Shown here one piece after another: positions 20,495 to 33,813 of a stretch of 41,764 nt of DNA. Position 1 is the stretch's first letter; each line of letters starts with the position of its first letter. Source of the DNA: Hydrurus foetidus (lineage: Eukaryota); the NCBI GenBank assembly GCA_900617105.1, contig UYFQ01000682.1:62001-103764 (forward strand), written 5' to 3'. Under the pieces are notes generated by a model. That model was not told the DNA's origin, did no database searches, and saw only the letters and a program-made list of their open reading frames with translations. The position numbers and the translations under genes were made by a program.

Positions 20495-22621
20495 AGCACC
20501 TTCTATCTGCGATGATAAAACTGACCTCTTTTGATACTCCTCTATTTACTCTTGCCGTTGACCACTTTGTTATTCGTCTAACTATCATTATTCATTGGAC
20601 TTTTCAAGATCGGTTTATGAAGTGTTGCATGCATAAATTCTTGTGTTATCAATCCATCTGCAATTTGCTTGAGCGCAGAACTGAAGTTGACATAAAGTGA
20701 TGACTTATTACCTTTGATGTTGATAACGTGCAACGTCCAATTGTCGTTTAACGTCGCCTCCTCGATATTTTTCTCCCATTATTTCACAGCACATTTTAGC
20801 GATTTGAAGTATGTTATTTCTAGCACCGAGGGTAACGTTATGCCTAACGCATTTCATCAACAGAAAGATTTTAAGTAATGCCATCAGTGATAAAACAAAG
20901 TCATCCACGTACTATAGTAAAGGGTCGAGAAAAGGCATAAGAAAATATTCAGAAAAATAAAACCAAATCCGAAAATATGCGAACAAAGGAAAATATATGA
21001 AAAGAGCTTAAATTATTGACGTTTGTAATGGGGAAATATATTACAGTAGAGATTTACATGTAATTTATATTTATTGTGATATAAATTTAGGACCATAAAA
21101 TTACAACAACGATTATTTGAGCTTTGATTTTTCTGAGAATTAGAGAATACGAAATAGTGAGTACGTCACATTATTTCGTTCCTTTATTTCAACAGTATCA
21201 TTCAGGGGGACACATTTCTTATAAAACATCAATTTATTCATCTAACTCATTAAATCGGTCGGTCAGTTACACATAATTATGAAAGAAAGAGGACGTATTT
21301 ACATCGCATGCAAAGATGGTATATTAGTCCGTCATTACGACCGTTGTCATTATATACGAAAAAAAGATGATCGAGGAGAATACAAATGTAGTCTATTTCG
21401 AATATGCAGTCCTTGAAATTTCCTTCTCCTATGGGGTTCGTCAATAACTTGAAACTGTAACTGGTAAATTTGATTTCTTTTATAAATGTTAAAAAATGGA
21501 ATCATGACAACTTCTTCACTTTCTTTCAGTATTTGACTTACCAGTAAAGTCTTTTCTGCAGGAAAGACATCCGCTGACATCACGGAAAAACATTCCCTAT
21601 GATACTCGCAACGATGACGAGCAGAGGGGTAGTAGGCTTTATTTTTATTTCTAAAGTCAATTGTGCAGCGCGATGGTACCTTTAATTTATCTCCCCTCCC
21701 ATTCCGACAATGTACCCAACAATAACTGTCATGTGGTACTGTAGAATTAGAGAGCGCCCTCTGGACTTTATCTGTACGAAATCCAGGATAATTTGATTTA
21801 CGGAATCCATGATAATCTGATGAAAAAAAGATGGTGTTGTAACGTAACAATAGAGAAGGGGCATCTCGTCATTGAGTTGGCTAGAAGCGAGCTATGATTG
21901 CTTTTGCCGCGCTGTATTTCGTACATTCGATCAGCCTTTCTCTTCAGTATATCTTCTCTTAATACATGATTCACCATTACTGTAACCAGCTTGCTCAGTG
22001 AGGGATCGTTTTGAGCATCCTTCGACTCCGAAATGTTCACCAGAAAGTATACTTTTGTGGCAGAAATCGTAGAAGCATCTTAAATAGATTATGTCGTGCC
22101 TCTCGGGTAAATCAGTATTAGCCATAAAAGAATTGAAGATGAGGTAACGGAAATTAGCCTTCGCGAAATCAAATGCTCTTTAACCAAACTCGCTGCAGTT
22201 TCCGCGGCTACGTGCTCTCACATCTTGAAGAACTCTTGGAAGGCATTCTTCTACGTTAGAAATGTTCCTGACGGAGATTGATAAGAGGGGGAATCCTCGT
22301 TCTAGAACTCGATTGCGATCAGATTCCACTGTCTACGGCTTCTCTCACTTCTTTCCATTCTTCTTTTTCTTTTCATGTTAATTTTCATTTTTATTTTATT
22401 TTCATGATCTTTTTCATTTTCGTTTTTTTTATGGGATCAATTGTCGCTACTCTTACTTTCAGAGCCAAGAGCCACTTTTCGTGTCGATGTCACTTTAATA
22501 ATTTGCAAGGTCTAGGTGTTGTCTGCCACTTTAACGCTCTTTATACTGCGCTTCAGGTGCAATTTTAAACTGAAGGAGGTGCAGATATGACTAATAAATG
22601 GGCTATAGTGGTAGATAAGCG

Positions 22622-22975
22622 ATGTATAATGTGCAGGTTATCGTTGTGCCTGCTCTATCTACTTCTGCAGAGCAACCAAGAGGGTGCTATGTTCTGCCAG
22701 AGCATCTGATCTCGCCAACAGATCACACTGTGTCGAAGATAACATTGGAATCAGAGGAAATTGTATCTTACGATGATTTTGACGAAACTAACTCAGTTAG
22801 GATTGAAGTATCAGCAGCAGCACTAGTGGGAAATATTCCAGATGTAACTGTTCCGAATTGGCGAACGCTGAGAAAGTTTGCGTGCATCATTATTGTAGTG
22901 CTGGTTCTTATTTTGGTCATTTTCGTTGGCTGCACCGTTATATTTCTGTACGCGTTCAGCAGCTCTCGTTCCTAG
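22622..22975 (+). CDS. Hypothetical 117-aa single-exon protein with C-terminal transmembrane helix
   Basis: ATG-to-TAG ORF with an acidic N-part and a strongly hydrophobic FACIIIVVLVLILVIFVGCTVIFLYAF near the C-terminus. No homology recognised. Confidence 0.45.
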   Translation: MYNVQVIVVPALSTSAEQPRGCYVLPEHLISPTDHTVSKITLESEEIVSYDDFDETNSVRIEVSAAALVGNIPDVTVPNWRTLRKFACIIIVVLVLILVIFVGCTVIFLYAFSSSRS

Positions 22976-23523
22976 AGTTTGATGATGGGACGATTGCGGC
23001 TAAGTGTCTGTCAGCAGCCAGTATTTCGAGTAGAGAGCGTGCACGGGCCGATCGGAAGGGAGAGAGGAAAGCTTTCAGTATCCTATGTGCTTTTACTTTA
23101 TTTACAATACACAAAAAGTGATAGCTGCCCAGCAAAGAGAGAGATAGTTCTATCCTGCTGCACTGTCTGTCACTGATTTCGCGCTTCACCACTGATATTT
23201 ATGTTCACTTGATATCCCCCTAAACGCTTTACCCCGCCCTCCCCTCCCAACCACCTCGCGGAGATGTTTATAATGCCAACATGTTCTGCTGTACTCGCCC
23301 TCGACTATGACTTGCATGGCATGTACGTCTGTTTCAGTAAGATTTTTAAGATCTGATTATTCAGGACAGCTTAAGTCTTTTCAGACCAACAAAACTGTGA
23401 CAGACTGACTGTTCATATGGCAGAACTATAACCGACATGAGACGGACTCAGACAAGCCGAGTCGCATTTCCAACAGACAAATCGACTGAGTGCCATGCGC
23501 CTTCAATAAGTCAGAGGACTCGT

Positions 23524-25791
23524 TTATGCCTTCTTGGGAGCTCTATAGATACCCACAACAACCGCGTGGTCTCTCTCATAAGGTTCCAGAGTAAGCTGTT
23601 CTTGTGGTTTCAATTGTTCAGCTGTGATGAAGTCAGTCGAGAAGATGGTGGTAATTTGAGAAGTTGATTCAATTTATTAGGAAAGTTGAAGTTTAGCACT
23701 GGAAGAGAACTGCGTGACGATCTCCCACAAAGAAAGCCTCCACAAGGAAAATCGTCTCACGGTTATGTAATATAAAACACATTTCTTACCTTGCAATTTC
23801 TTCACTTCTCTGGCGAAAACTGCCTCTGGGGCGGCAGTTGAATCAATGCATGAGGCTTTAATGGAAATTACGAAATGTCCTCCGTTCTTGAGGAAATAGT
23901 GTGCGTTAAGGGCAACAATACGGGCTTGATCAGGCTGAGCAACGTCAGCGAATATTACATCAACCATACCTATAAAGTAGAAACAGAAAGGTGCAGACGT
24001 CAGGAGAGGAGGATTTGGGTTTGTTAACAAGGATGCAGTGCAGATCTGTGTGAAGGGCATTTAGTTAATAGTGAAGATAAATGGTAGGCAAGAGTAGGAG
24101 GAAATATGTTTCTTGATCGATTAAGTCCGACAAGTTCTATGTTGTGTTGAAGGAAATCGAGTGGCCTTCACTGCAGTGCAAGTAAGTATCACGTACTTCA
24201 AAGTCATGACACCCAGAAGCATCTAATTGACGATAGCATAACGTACACGATGCTGTTGTAGATGGAACAAATGGTGTGATGTGACACGGATGTTCTGCTC
24301 TGCGATACGATTGTCTTACCCATGAGCATTCTGTACTTCAAAGGATGTCTCGCATCTTCAATGATAGGAATAACGTTTGTTCTGCTCTTCGCCATGTTGA
24401 TCAGATCTCTTCCAGGTCTGTGGGCAAATTCAACAGCGTACACACACCCGGTGGGCCCAACAATATCAGACACGTGACTCACGGTCGTGCCAGCTGCTGC
24501 TCCCAGATAAAGAACTTTCGATCCAGGTTTCATGTGAATTCCATCAATACCACCTATGGGAAAGTCGAAAAATGCGGATTGATCAGAGACACATTGACAG
24601 ATGTACTCAGAATGCATTCAAGTGGAATTTACGTCTCATAGAGAGAGAAAATCAAGCCAGAGGCAGCGCAGAAAAGGTGGGATGGTGACGGTAGAGATAT
24701 GAGGCGTCACCTAGGATGGCTGCGGCAAGCTTGCTTCTGAAAGGGTTCCACACTCTGTATTCTAATTTCATGGGGTTGCCATCTGCGCCTACTGGTCCGT
24801 CAACTTGGATTCTCTTCTCGCCATACACGTCTTTGCCTGTGAGTTCATGAAATAGAATTATGTTAGGTAAGGCATCTTGAGTTGTAGCTGCTGATGGGGC
24901 GGGTGATGACCCTACTACTGACGGTTATCTCGAAACTCGCTTGATGAAGTGGTGTCAACATGAGGCAACATTCCTTCATGACTTACCAGGTGTGGAGTTA
25001 AGAGTGACAAGAGCATCTTCCTTAGAGCGTGCAATGAAGACACCTTCGTGTCTGTGTGCCTCAATTATGACTTTGGCACCACCCTTCATGCCTGCTCCTC
25101 CGCGACCACTACTCAACACAAATAAAACGAAGATGTCAGGAAAGACTGTCTCTGGACTATCGACAGACGAGTGCTGCAGATCAAGAAGGAGTTGCATACC
25201 CTCTGCCTCCGTCACGGCCGCCTCTTCCACCACCACGCCCACCTCTGCCGCCGTCACGTCCACTGTTGTTAGAGAGGACGGTAAAATGATGAGGAAATGT
25301 AGGTGCACCGCTGAATTATTCAACTTGGAAGTCAGCGAAAATACTATGAGCGATTTGAGTAATTTTATCTGTCAACGTGTTGGTAACAAGCACTCACCCC
25401 CTTCCTCCTCCTCTTCCACCATCTCTGCCCCCACGGCCGCCATCACGACCGCCTCTGCATGATTAATTTCAATCAAACTCGTTAATGGATTGTCTCTTCA
25501 GATTGAAGGTGCAGTCAGGTTGCTCGCTCAGTAACATCCAGGGACAATTTTTCGTTTTCTGTGATGACGAGCTGACAGAATTACACTTTTGATATTTTCT
25601 AAGTTGCTCATCGGCACGGTAGGATGCATAGCTGCCATGTCTAATAAATTTCCCAACAATGCAATGACGTCCCTGCTGCATTTCCAGCCTAGAGAAATCA
25701 GAGATGATGACAAATGTAAATGGTCGAGTCCTTACCCTCCTCTTCCGCCTCTTCCTGCATCACGACCACCTCTTCCGCCGCCACGAAACAT
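23524..25791 (-). CDS. FBL: Fibrillarin (rRNA 2'-O-methyltransferase, Nop1); 8 exons
   Basis: Exons 25791-25736, 25454-25398, 25262-25200, 25108-24987, 24836-24711, 24553-24320, 23969-23790, 23621-23524. RGG-rich N-terminus, then [67 protein letters not shown]. Confidence 0.97.
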
Positions 25792-26406
25792 TTTTCTTTC
25801 TCTTTTGTTAGAGATACGAGATGCAGTCCTGTAGCTACACAGACTCTGGTATCACCTGAGGTACTGTTATTTGCTGCTTACCGATGTCGCAGTATTATCG
25901 TGTCGTCCGGATTGGCCCTCTGGATTAATTTCCATGGACGTTGAATGAATGGTGGGAGAGTTGCTGTATGATGCGCGACAAAGTTCAAGGTGGCAGCTAG
26001 ATATCCTTCAGGTTAGGATTTTACAGATCCAAGAATCTGGAATTTCAAACACCGAAATCTACCGCTGTTTGATGCCAAACAAGGGGGTGCAATTTTTTCA
26101 TAACCGAGTTCTGACGCGTCATGAAAGACTTCCAGAGGGCGGTCTATTTAACATCCGTTTCGACTATCGAAGCATCATTCTCGGGTTGTTCAAATACGTT
26201 CTGACCAGAACGAGTCTGTCAAGGTGAGAATTGCGCGCATTCCATTAACGAGACTTACCTAAACGGAAAACAGTCAAAAATCATTTGAAATATCCATCAC
26301 CACGTCGACACTTTCTGAACATACTCGCAACTGAAAATCAATCTACAGTAGCTCTACTACATCGGATCTCAACTGCCCTTCAATTTAAGGAGAGACATTC
26401 AAAGAA

Positions 26407-29400
26407 ATGTTTCAGCTACGAAAAACCATCGTATCGGAATCGGTAAGATACCAGCGATCTTGCTCGCAGCTGAATGAACCTTCAACATCTAGAATCGGGT
26501 CATATGAGTCGAACAGCAATCAACACATCGTATCGACAGAAATGCTCGCACCTGTTATGCCCACTCTCTTACTCCATCATGCGCTACTAACATGGCGTCA
26601 CAGCAATCAATTGCTGCGTTTGCTGATATCCTTTTGCACATTTGTACTTTCACTCGCAACACCCATACAATATTCATAACGATGAATTGAAATTTTATTT
26701 AATTTTTCAGAGGAAAATTGTCAGCAGAAACCTGATTACAGGAAGAGGCAGTCCTACTGGAAAACTTTCTGATGCTCTGACAGCGAAGTACACTATCGGT
26801 AAGTGCAGACAGTCCTGAAACTCAATCGTCAGGAAACGACGACGAATTCACGAATAACTGTATTGCATGTTACAGTCGATCACGAGTACGACGCTCTTGT
26901 CGTCGGCGCCGGAGGCGCTGGACTTAGGGCCGCAATGGGCTGCGCCGAGGCTGGCTTCAAGACAGCTTGCGTCACCAAGCTATTTCCTACAAGATCACAC
27001 ACTGTCGCTGCTCAGGGTGGCATCAACGCTGCTCTCGGAAATATGTCAGAAGACGATTGGAGATGGCACATGTATGACACCGTGAAAGGCTCTGACTGGC
27101 TCGGTGATCAAGACGCCATCCACTATATGTGCAGGTGCGACTCTAACAACTTCTTGCGGCATTTATCTCTGACGTTGCGCGCCGACTCCGTGACATTGAC
27201 TAACTATCGTTATGTTCATGGCTTTTTTAGAGAAGCACCACGCGCAGTACTTGAGCTTGAATCATACGGCCTTCCATTCTCAAGAACTGAGGACGGGAAA
27301 ATTTACCAGAGAGCATTCGGAGGTCAGAGTCTGGACTACGGAAAGGGTGGACAGGTGAAGAGAAGTCCTCCCTCCCTCTTTACCTTACAAACAATGTAAA
27401 TGTAGCCACTAACTAAATGATCACTGAATGATCTCATCTAATCTCAGGCCTACAGATGCGCTTGCGCTGCTGACCGCACTGGACATGCAATGCTTCACAC
27501 ATTATATGGCCGCTCATTGGCTTTCGACACCACATATATGATAGAATATTTTGCCTTGGATTTGATTATGCAAGACGGAAGATGCTTGGGAATTATTGCG
27601 ATGAACATGGAGGACGGAACTCTGCACAGAATAAAAGCAAACAACACCATCTTGGCAACAGGCGGCTACGGTCGTGCCTACTTTTCATGCACTTCAGCAC
27701 ACACATGCACTGGTGACGGAAACGCAATGGCCCTAAGAGCTGGCATCCCTCTGCAAGATCCCGAATTCGTTCAGTTTCACCCCACTGGTATTTATGGAGC
27801 TGGCTGCCTAATCACCGAGGGCTGCAGAGGAGAGGGAGGTATATTAAAGAACTCCGAGGGTGAGAGATTCATGGAGCGTTACGCACCATCTGCTAAAGAT
27901 CTTGCATCCAGAGATGTTGTCTCAAGAGCAATGACAATGGAGATTAGAGAAGGCAGAGGTGTCGGCAAAAAGAAGGATCACCTTTACCTCCACCTTGACC
28001 ATCTCCCCACTGAACTCCTCAACGAGAGATTACCCGGTATCTCAGAAACTGCCTCAATTTTCGCTGGTGTTGATGTGACCAAGGAGCCCATTCCAGTGCT
28101 ACCAACAGTGCACTACAACATGGGCGGCATCCCCACCAACTATCTTGGGGAGGTGCTCATGCCCACAGCTGAGAACCCCAACGCCATTGTCCCAGGACTA
28201 TTCGCTGCCGGTGAAGCCGCATGCGCCTCAGTACACGGTGCCAACAGATTAGGTAAGCGAAACACCCAGACACATGGAGACAGCAGACAGCTAATTAACA
28301 AATTTTAACTGTCTTTCTGCTCCCCTCTACTTGATGCTTACCACAGGCGCCAACTCCCTTCTTGACATCGTTGTGTTCGGACGTGCTTGTGCTCTCCGCA
28401 TCGCCCAGATCAGCAAGCCAGGAGACAAAATCCCCGACCTCAAGCCCAACGCTGGCATGGAAGCCATTGAGACACTCGACAAGATGAGGTATGACACTAG
28501 TAACACTCATGAGACGTACTTCATTCAGTCAACAAGAGGATGCTACAATTGTAAATGATTTTTCGGCAACGACTCTTATTTGATTACTCCTTTCACTCAG
28601 ATTCTCAACTGGCAAACTCGCAACGTCCGTCATCAGAGACGACATGCAACAAGTCATGCAAGAAAATGCAGCGGTGTACCGCACACAGGAGACTCTTGCT
28701 GAGGGAAAGAGACTCATCGACATCACTGTCAAGTCATTCAGGTAACACACTGCAACACATGCCCTGTCGAACGTACACACTCTATCTGCAGCTTTATCAA
28801 TAACATTTTCTTCAATCCTCTCGACATACAGAGACGTGAAGACCACGGACAGATCTCTGATATGGAACACAGATCTGGTCGAGACACTCGAATTAAGAAA
28901 TCTTTTGGGCAATGCCGCGACAACCATGCACGCAGCCGAGGCGAGAAAGGAATCTAGAGGTACCCACACTGTAACATCATGTCTATTTAGATATCTGAGT
29001 TGCAATGAAGTGCACTGAAGCCATCGCAAAATTTATCCCATCTGATCTAACCACTTCTTATCAATTTGAATCACTAGGCGCACATGCCAGAGAGGATTTC
29101 TCAGAGAGACTTGACGGTGAGTGGATGAAGCACAGTCTCGCGCATTTCAATACTGAAGAGGGAACAACCACCATCTCATACAGGTACGGCTCAGACCACA
29201 TAAGAGTATTTTTGCAAACCCGACTTCGCACACTTTTCACAACACTGCTTGTCGTTCGTGCACCCAAATTCACCGTAACTGCACGCTGCTCAATCCGCGT
29301 GTGGTGCGAGCAGCGTTTGGTACGAAGAGCCCGAATACGGGTTTGCAAAAACACTCCATTGATGCATCTTCTCCTTTCGTTTGAGGCATCTACCTGCATC

Positions 29401-29520
29401 TCCATGAACATGTCAATATGATAATCAATCTATTCTTGTTACCTTCGCAGAGCGAACAACAGAAACACTCTCGATGAGGCAGAGTGCAAAGCGATCCCCC
29501 CCGCCAAGAGAGTCTATTAA
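26407..29520 (+). CDS. SDHA: Mitochondrial succinate dehydrogenase flavoprotein subunit; 10 exons
   Basis: Exons 26407-26442, 26711-26798, 26876-27134, 27231-27354, 27447-28252, 28347-28488, 28601-28741, 28832-28959, 29078-29183, 29451-29520. Motifs: [20 protein letters not shown] (FAD-His), QFHPTG, HYNMGG, HGANRLGANSL, RKESRGAHAR, and C-terminal PPAKRVY. Confidence 0.97.
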
Positions 29521-30406
29521 AGAAGAGGCACTACACCGCACCGTATCGCACCGAACATCTATCGATGAAACCTTCACCTTCTAACGCCGACTTCTGCGTG
29601 TAACTGTATAAACGAAATTCGATCCTGCTCATCATGCGTCTATTTTCAAAACATAACAAATGACGTGCGAGCTACTATCAAACGGGATGATAGCTGTTTT
29701 GTATACCCGCGGACTCAATACATAAGTCTTTCTTCCTCTTTGCAGTGTTAATAATTATCACATTAATCAAGGAAATTTTGAAGAAAAAATGTACGGCGTT
29801 TAAAAATCAACAAATGAACCCCGATGCTATTCTCCGCTGTCGAAGGTATAAAAGTGACAGAGTGAAGAAGGCCCCAACCTTTCATAATCAACTAACAGAG
29901 AGGCCGTTACACGCACCCTCGGTCGAGACAAACTGACGACTAGGACACGTGACGGAGTTATACATCATTTGGATGGTCAGCAGACGTACTCCGGGGACAA
30001 GTGCATTCCATTTCTAGTACGAGTCAACCTGCTCTCATGAAAACGCAAATCGATCTTGAAGAAAAGAACTGAAAATGCCAATAGAGCAAATACGAAATTT
30101 CAGTCATCGAGTCATACCGGTGAGGCTTTACATGTAGACACTTGACCACTGCAAATACCGTGCATTGGATGCAGATTTCAGCGAACAGAACTGCCTTTCT
30201 GTGGCCCCCATCCATGATACATACGAAGTTTACGTTTCTCTTCTCTCAATGATAAGTCTCAGGTTTTTCTTTACCGTCTTAAACTATTCATTATTATCGT
30301 TGAATAGGAATTTACAATAACCATCACGTGAAAATTATATTTGCTGAAGAGTAATATATAATATGAAATATGTGAAAGTGTCGATGTTTCCTGACAACAC
30401 GGTATT

Positions 30407-33247
30407 TTATGGATTAGTCTCTGCGTCTGATTTTGTGGCATCGTTTAGTTGAAGTTCTTCTTTGACTGCTTCTTCGTCAAAATCGTCCTCTTCAACTTGG
30501 GTCATTTCGACTCCATCATCATCAGAACCCTGAAATTAAATAAATAAACATATGTATAAGAAAACTAAAAAACTAAATAAACAATGAGAAAAAGTCTGCA
30601 ACGTGTTCTATTGACAGATTTAATCGACAGCATTTTTTCGATGTATTCTCACGCGTGCAGTGTCATGTACATACGTACGTACTGACCTCTGGTCCATCGA
30701 AATCATCCTCGTCATATTGCACGGGGATGCGGTATTCAGGTGAAGGGGGGGCTATTAAAAAACAGAATTATGATAGCGAAAAGTTAAAAACGATGCGAGA
30801 AAATGAAACGTTATCAAATTAATGCAAAGCTCTTCACAATTTCAAAGATACCGATTTTTTAATCCATTCACAGACGTATGCAAATCAATGCAAAAAAAGT
30901 TCCAAAAGAATTATAAAATACAAGCAATAAATATCAATTAGAAATGTTACCTCCTTCAAGTGCGGGTGGTCTGAGTCGGATGACAGCATCTTCGTCAGAT
31001 GGTGCGAATATCAGTCTACCGTCATGCAGAGCAATTTGGTACGGCGCTGCCCTATTGGGTAAATATATGCATATGTGGAATATTTGATAATTGTTAATTG
31101 ACTTACAAGCAGAAAAAAACTTGTGAAAAAAGAAAATGGAATTCTCGATTGTGTTGTGGATTGGGAAAAAGAACACAGTACATACTATTACTCTTACCGC
31201 GTTCTTGCAAAAATGGAATTTAAAACGACTTCTAATACAAAATGATGCAAATAGACATATTTACAATCAACAATATAATACAACACATAAAAGCACCATA
31301 TAATGAAGCTCTATAAAATGCTGATGATCTCACATATTTGCAGGCCAACTAGGTTCTGAATAATAGTGCTTGATTACTTTTCCGGGAGCCCAGCCTTAAA
31401 AAAATTGTGATGTGGAGAAATTAAAAGTAAAAATATGTAAGAATAAAATAATGCAAAAAAACAGAGAAATTCATTGGAGCTATAAATTATGAGAACTAAA
31501 ATTAAAGAACAACAATATACGGTAAAATAGAAGACTGCAGGGATAGCAAAACATGTGCAGAACCAATAGTCTGCTACAGAAGTAAGTAAGTAATTAGATT
31601 AACAAACAAACATACAAATAAACAAACAAATTAAAAAATGAATTGACAAATAAATAAACAATCGAGTAAATGTGCACCTTTTACTGGGTGTGGGCCGATG
31701 CGACATTCCACTCTCGCCCCTAGTGGGAATCTTAAAGAAGATCGGATAGAGAGTGAGGAGCAAAGGGAAATACAAACTTAATCAATGGTTTTCTTAACCA
31801 ATAGATTATACACTTAAAAAATTAATGACAATAATTAGCTTTCAGCGTTCTGATATGTATTGTTAGGAATCTTGTATACTACTCATTACAATAGGAAATC
31901 CATTTATTACCTGAGAGACGGTAGTGGTGGCCATTGACAAATTTCACCAGCGTGCCATTTAGTAAGAGTTTCATCATCCTGAGTTTTTATACCACAGAAA
32001 TTTTATACAATAAGGTACGCTAGTAATTTTGTTAAAAAAATTGTGAATACTTGGTTGTCTATTTTATAGAAAAAACAACTGTAGTTTGAGTAATCAATGC
32101 TAATTCGCATAATGTAGTTAATTTAAATAATATGTATGCTTAATGCCTAATTTCTGTTTATTTTTGATGATTAAGTCATCAAATGAAATCTTAAATACAT
32201 AAATTATACATACAATAAAAAAAAAGAGGCTTAGCACACCAATACATCTATTACGCATCACTATATCATCATATTTTACCGGAAAATTGTCAATCATTTC
32301 TTCTTGAGTTACTTCCTCCGGAGCCATGGGCAAAGAAAAAAGTCCCCGACCCCCTTCCGCCCAAACTGAAAAATACAGTAAATAAAAATAAGTTATTCGC
32401 ATAAAAACTAGAATAATTGGAAAGAATGCACAGCACACATATCGTTTGTAATCGGCGCTTTGAACGTTCAGAACTCAGTGCATTTCAATCAGAATGATGT
32501 AATACATCGCGAAGTACTTGTATTTGAATCCAGAAATCTTGCGGATATAAATGGACTACAAAAAATAATTCAATCTCACCGATAGTGACCAGTGTGTCGA
32601 TAGGAGAACATGTTGGGTCCCCGCAAATGACTTCCTTAACGTCAATCATCAATCCTAATAAAACCACGTGTATTCAGCAATGAATTACTCTCGATCAATG
32701 AAGTTTCCTTTTCTGACAATCAAGTGAATCGCATGATATTGAAGCTAGTCCAAGAATCACAATTCGGCAGCCCATAAAGGTTCATCAGTTTCTGATGCGG
32801 GAGTAAATCATAAATAGTGATCGATCAACACAATCATTTCGCAGTTTACTATCATTATGGTAGTGACAGAGAAGTTCTTCACAGAATGGATGAAGCTGTG
32901 AAATTCATAGATGAAGACTGACAGCATGAAAGGTAGAAGGCTGAAGAAGAATAACAATGCGATAACAGAATTGTTATCGTAGGAAGAAGAATCATTTGAG
33001 GACAGCAGTAAATCTAAGGCTTTCTGTTCCAAGAAATCCAAATCAGCCCCCACAAGCTCCACATTGAAAGTCTCCAGTAGACACTAACCTTCTCTCAAGT
33101 TTATCGGGACAATCGTTGTGCACCATTCTACCAGGTCTTTTAATATCTTTCTCTTTTGAGCTTTAGCAACCTTTTCAGCCTGGGTTTTGCTAGGATCGAA
33201 CATGGTTGAAAATCGTCTTCGACTCTGACTGAATTGAGAATTCCCCG
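30407..33247 (-). CDS. Uncharacterised protein with CxxPxCxP motif, SH3-like domain and acidic tail; at least 9 exons, 5' end unresolved
   Basis: In-phase exons 33247-33089, 32654-32580, 32365-32280, 31978-31911, 31730-31678, 31394-31334, 31051-30951, 30751-30687, 30529-30407. Translation includes VKEVICGDPTCSPIDTLVTI and LRFPLGARVECRIGPHPVKGWAPGKV...APYQIALHDGRLIFAPSDEDAVIR. The start is either ATG 33203 or an upstream exon using the acceptor at 33248. Confidence 0.8.
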
Positions 33248-33295
33248 CTGAATCAGGATTGTCAATTAATTGAATTCCTGCTGGTGAGCGGATAC

Positions 33296-33422
33296 AAGAT
33301 TTCCAAGATGGGATGAGTGATGAGTTGATGATAGACAAGGATAGATTTCGAATTTTGTTGATCACTTCGTTGGATGATTCTGATAAAATGAATATATGCA
33401 AAGGGCCATTCTGTTGGAGAAC
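33296..33422. repeat. Left copy of ~127-bp direct duplication flanking copia element A
   Basis: aagatttccaagatggg...gggccattctgttggagaac is identical to 39302-39430 except for a 2-bp indel. Confidence 0.95.
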
Positions 33423-33813
33423 TGTTGGATATAGCATAGCTATCCCTCCGGGGACGATCCCCTTGGGGGAAATCCCTTTGGGGTAATATCATCTAAGCCC
33501 AAGCGGAGGAGCGAGGGTAGCGTTTTCAGACTCAAGACCATCACTCGAACTGTACTGGAAGTTGCAACTGATGATGACTGTGAACAGTCAACTGTAGCTA
33601 GTATAGCTAGCCATGAACTGCTTTGTTTTGACATGATGAGCACTTCTAATTAAAAGAGACTATATGGCTGTGAGCCATTATACCTACACTTGAGTGAGCT
33701 GTTGGAACGACTTGGTCGACTAGCTGAAAGCAAAGTGTGTTCTGAACGAACCACTGCTATCAACCAGGTGCTCTGACTGGATCCAGGATCCAAAAGGCAG
33801 ACTTATTCCAAGA
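33423..33813 (+). repeat. 5' LTR of copia element A
   Basis: TGTTGGA...TTATTCCAAGA, an imperfect inverted terminus. An alternative end is the CA at 33810. Confidence 0.92.

Noticed and set aside
24902..25710. Box C/D-like motifs (GTGATGA...CTGA, ATGATGA...CTGA) in fibrillarin introns
   Set aside because: They lie antisense to the host transcript, lack terminal stems, and I recognised no rRNA guide. A snoscan/Infernal search would settle it.
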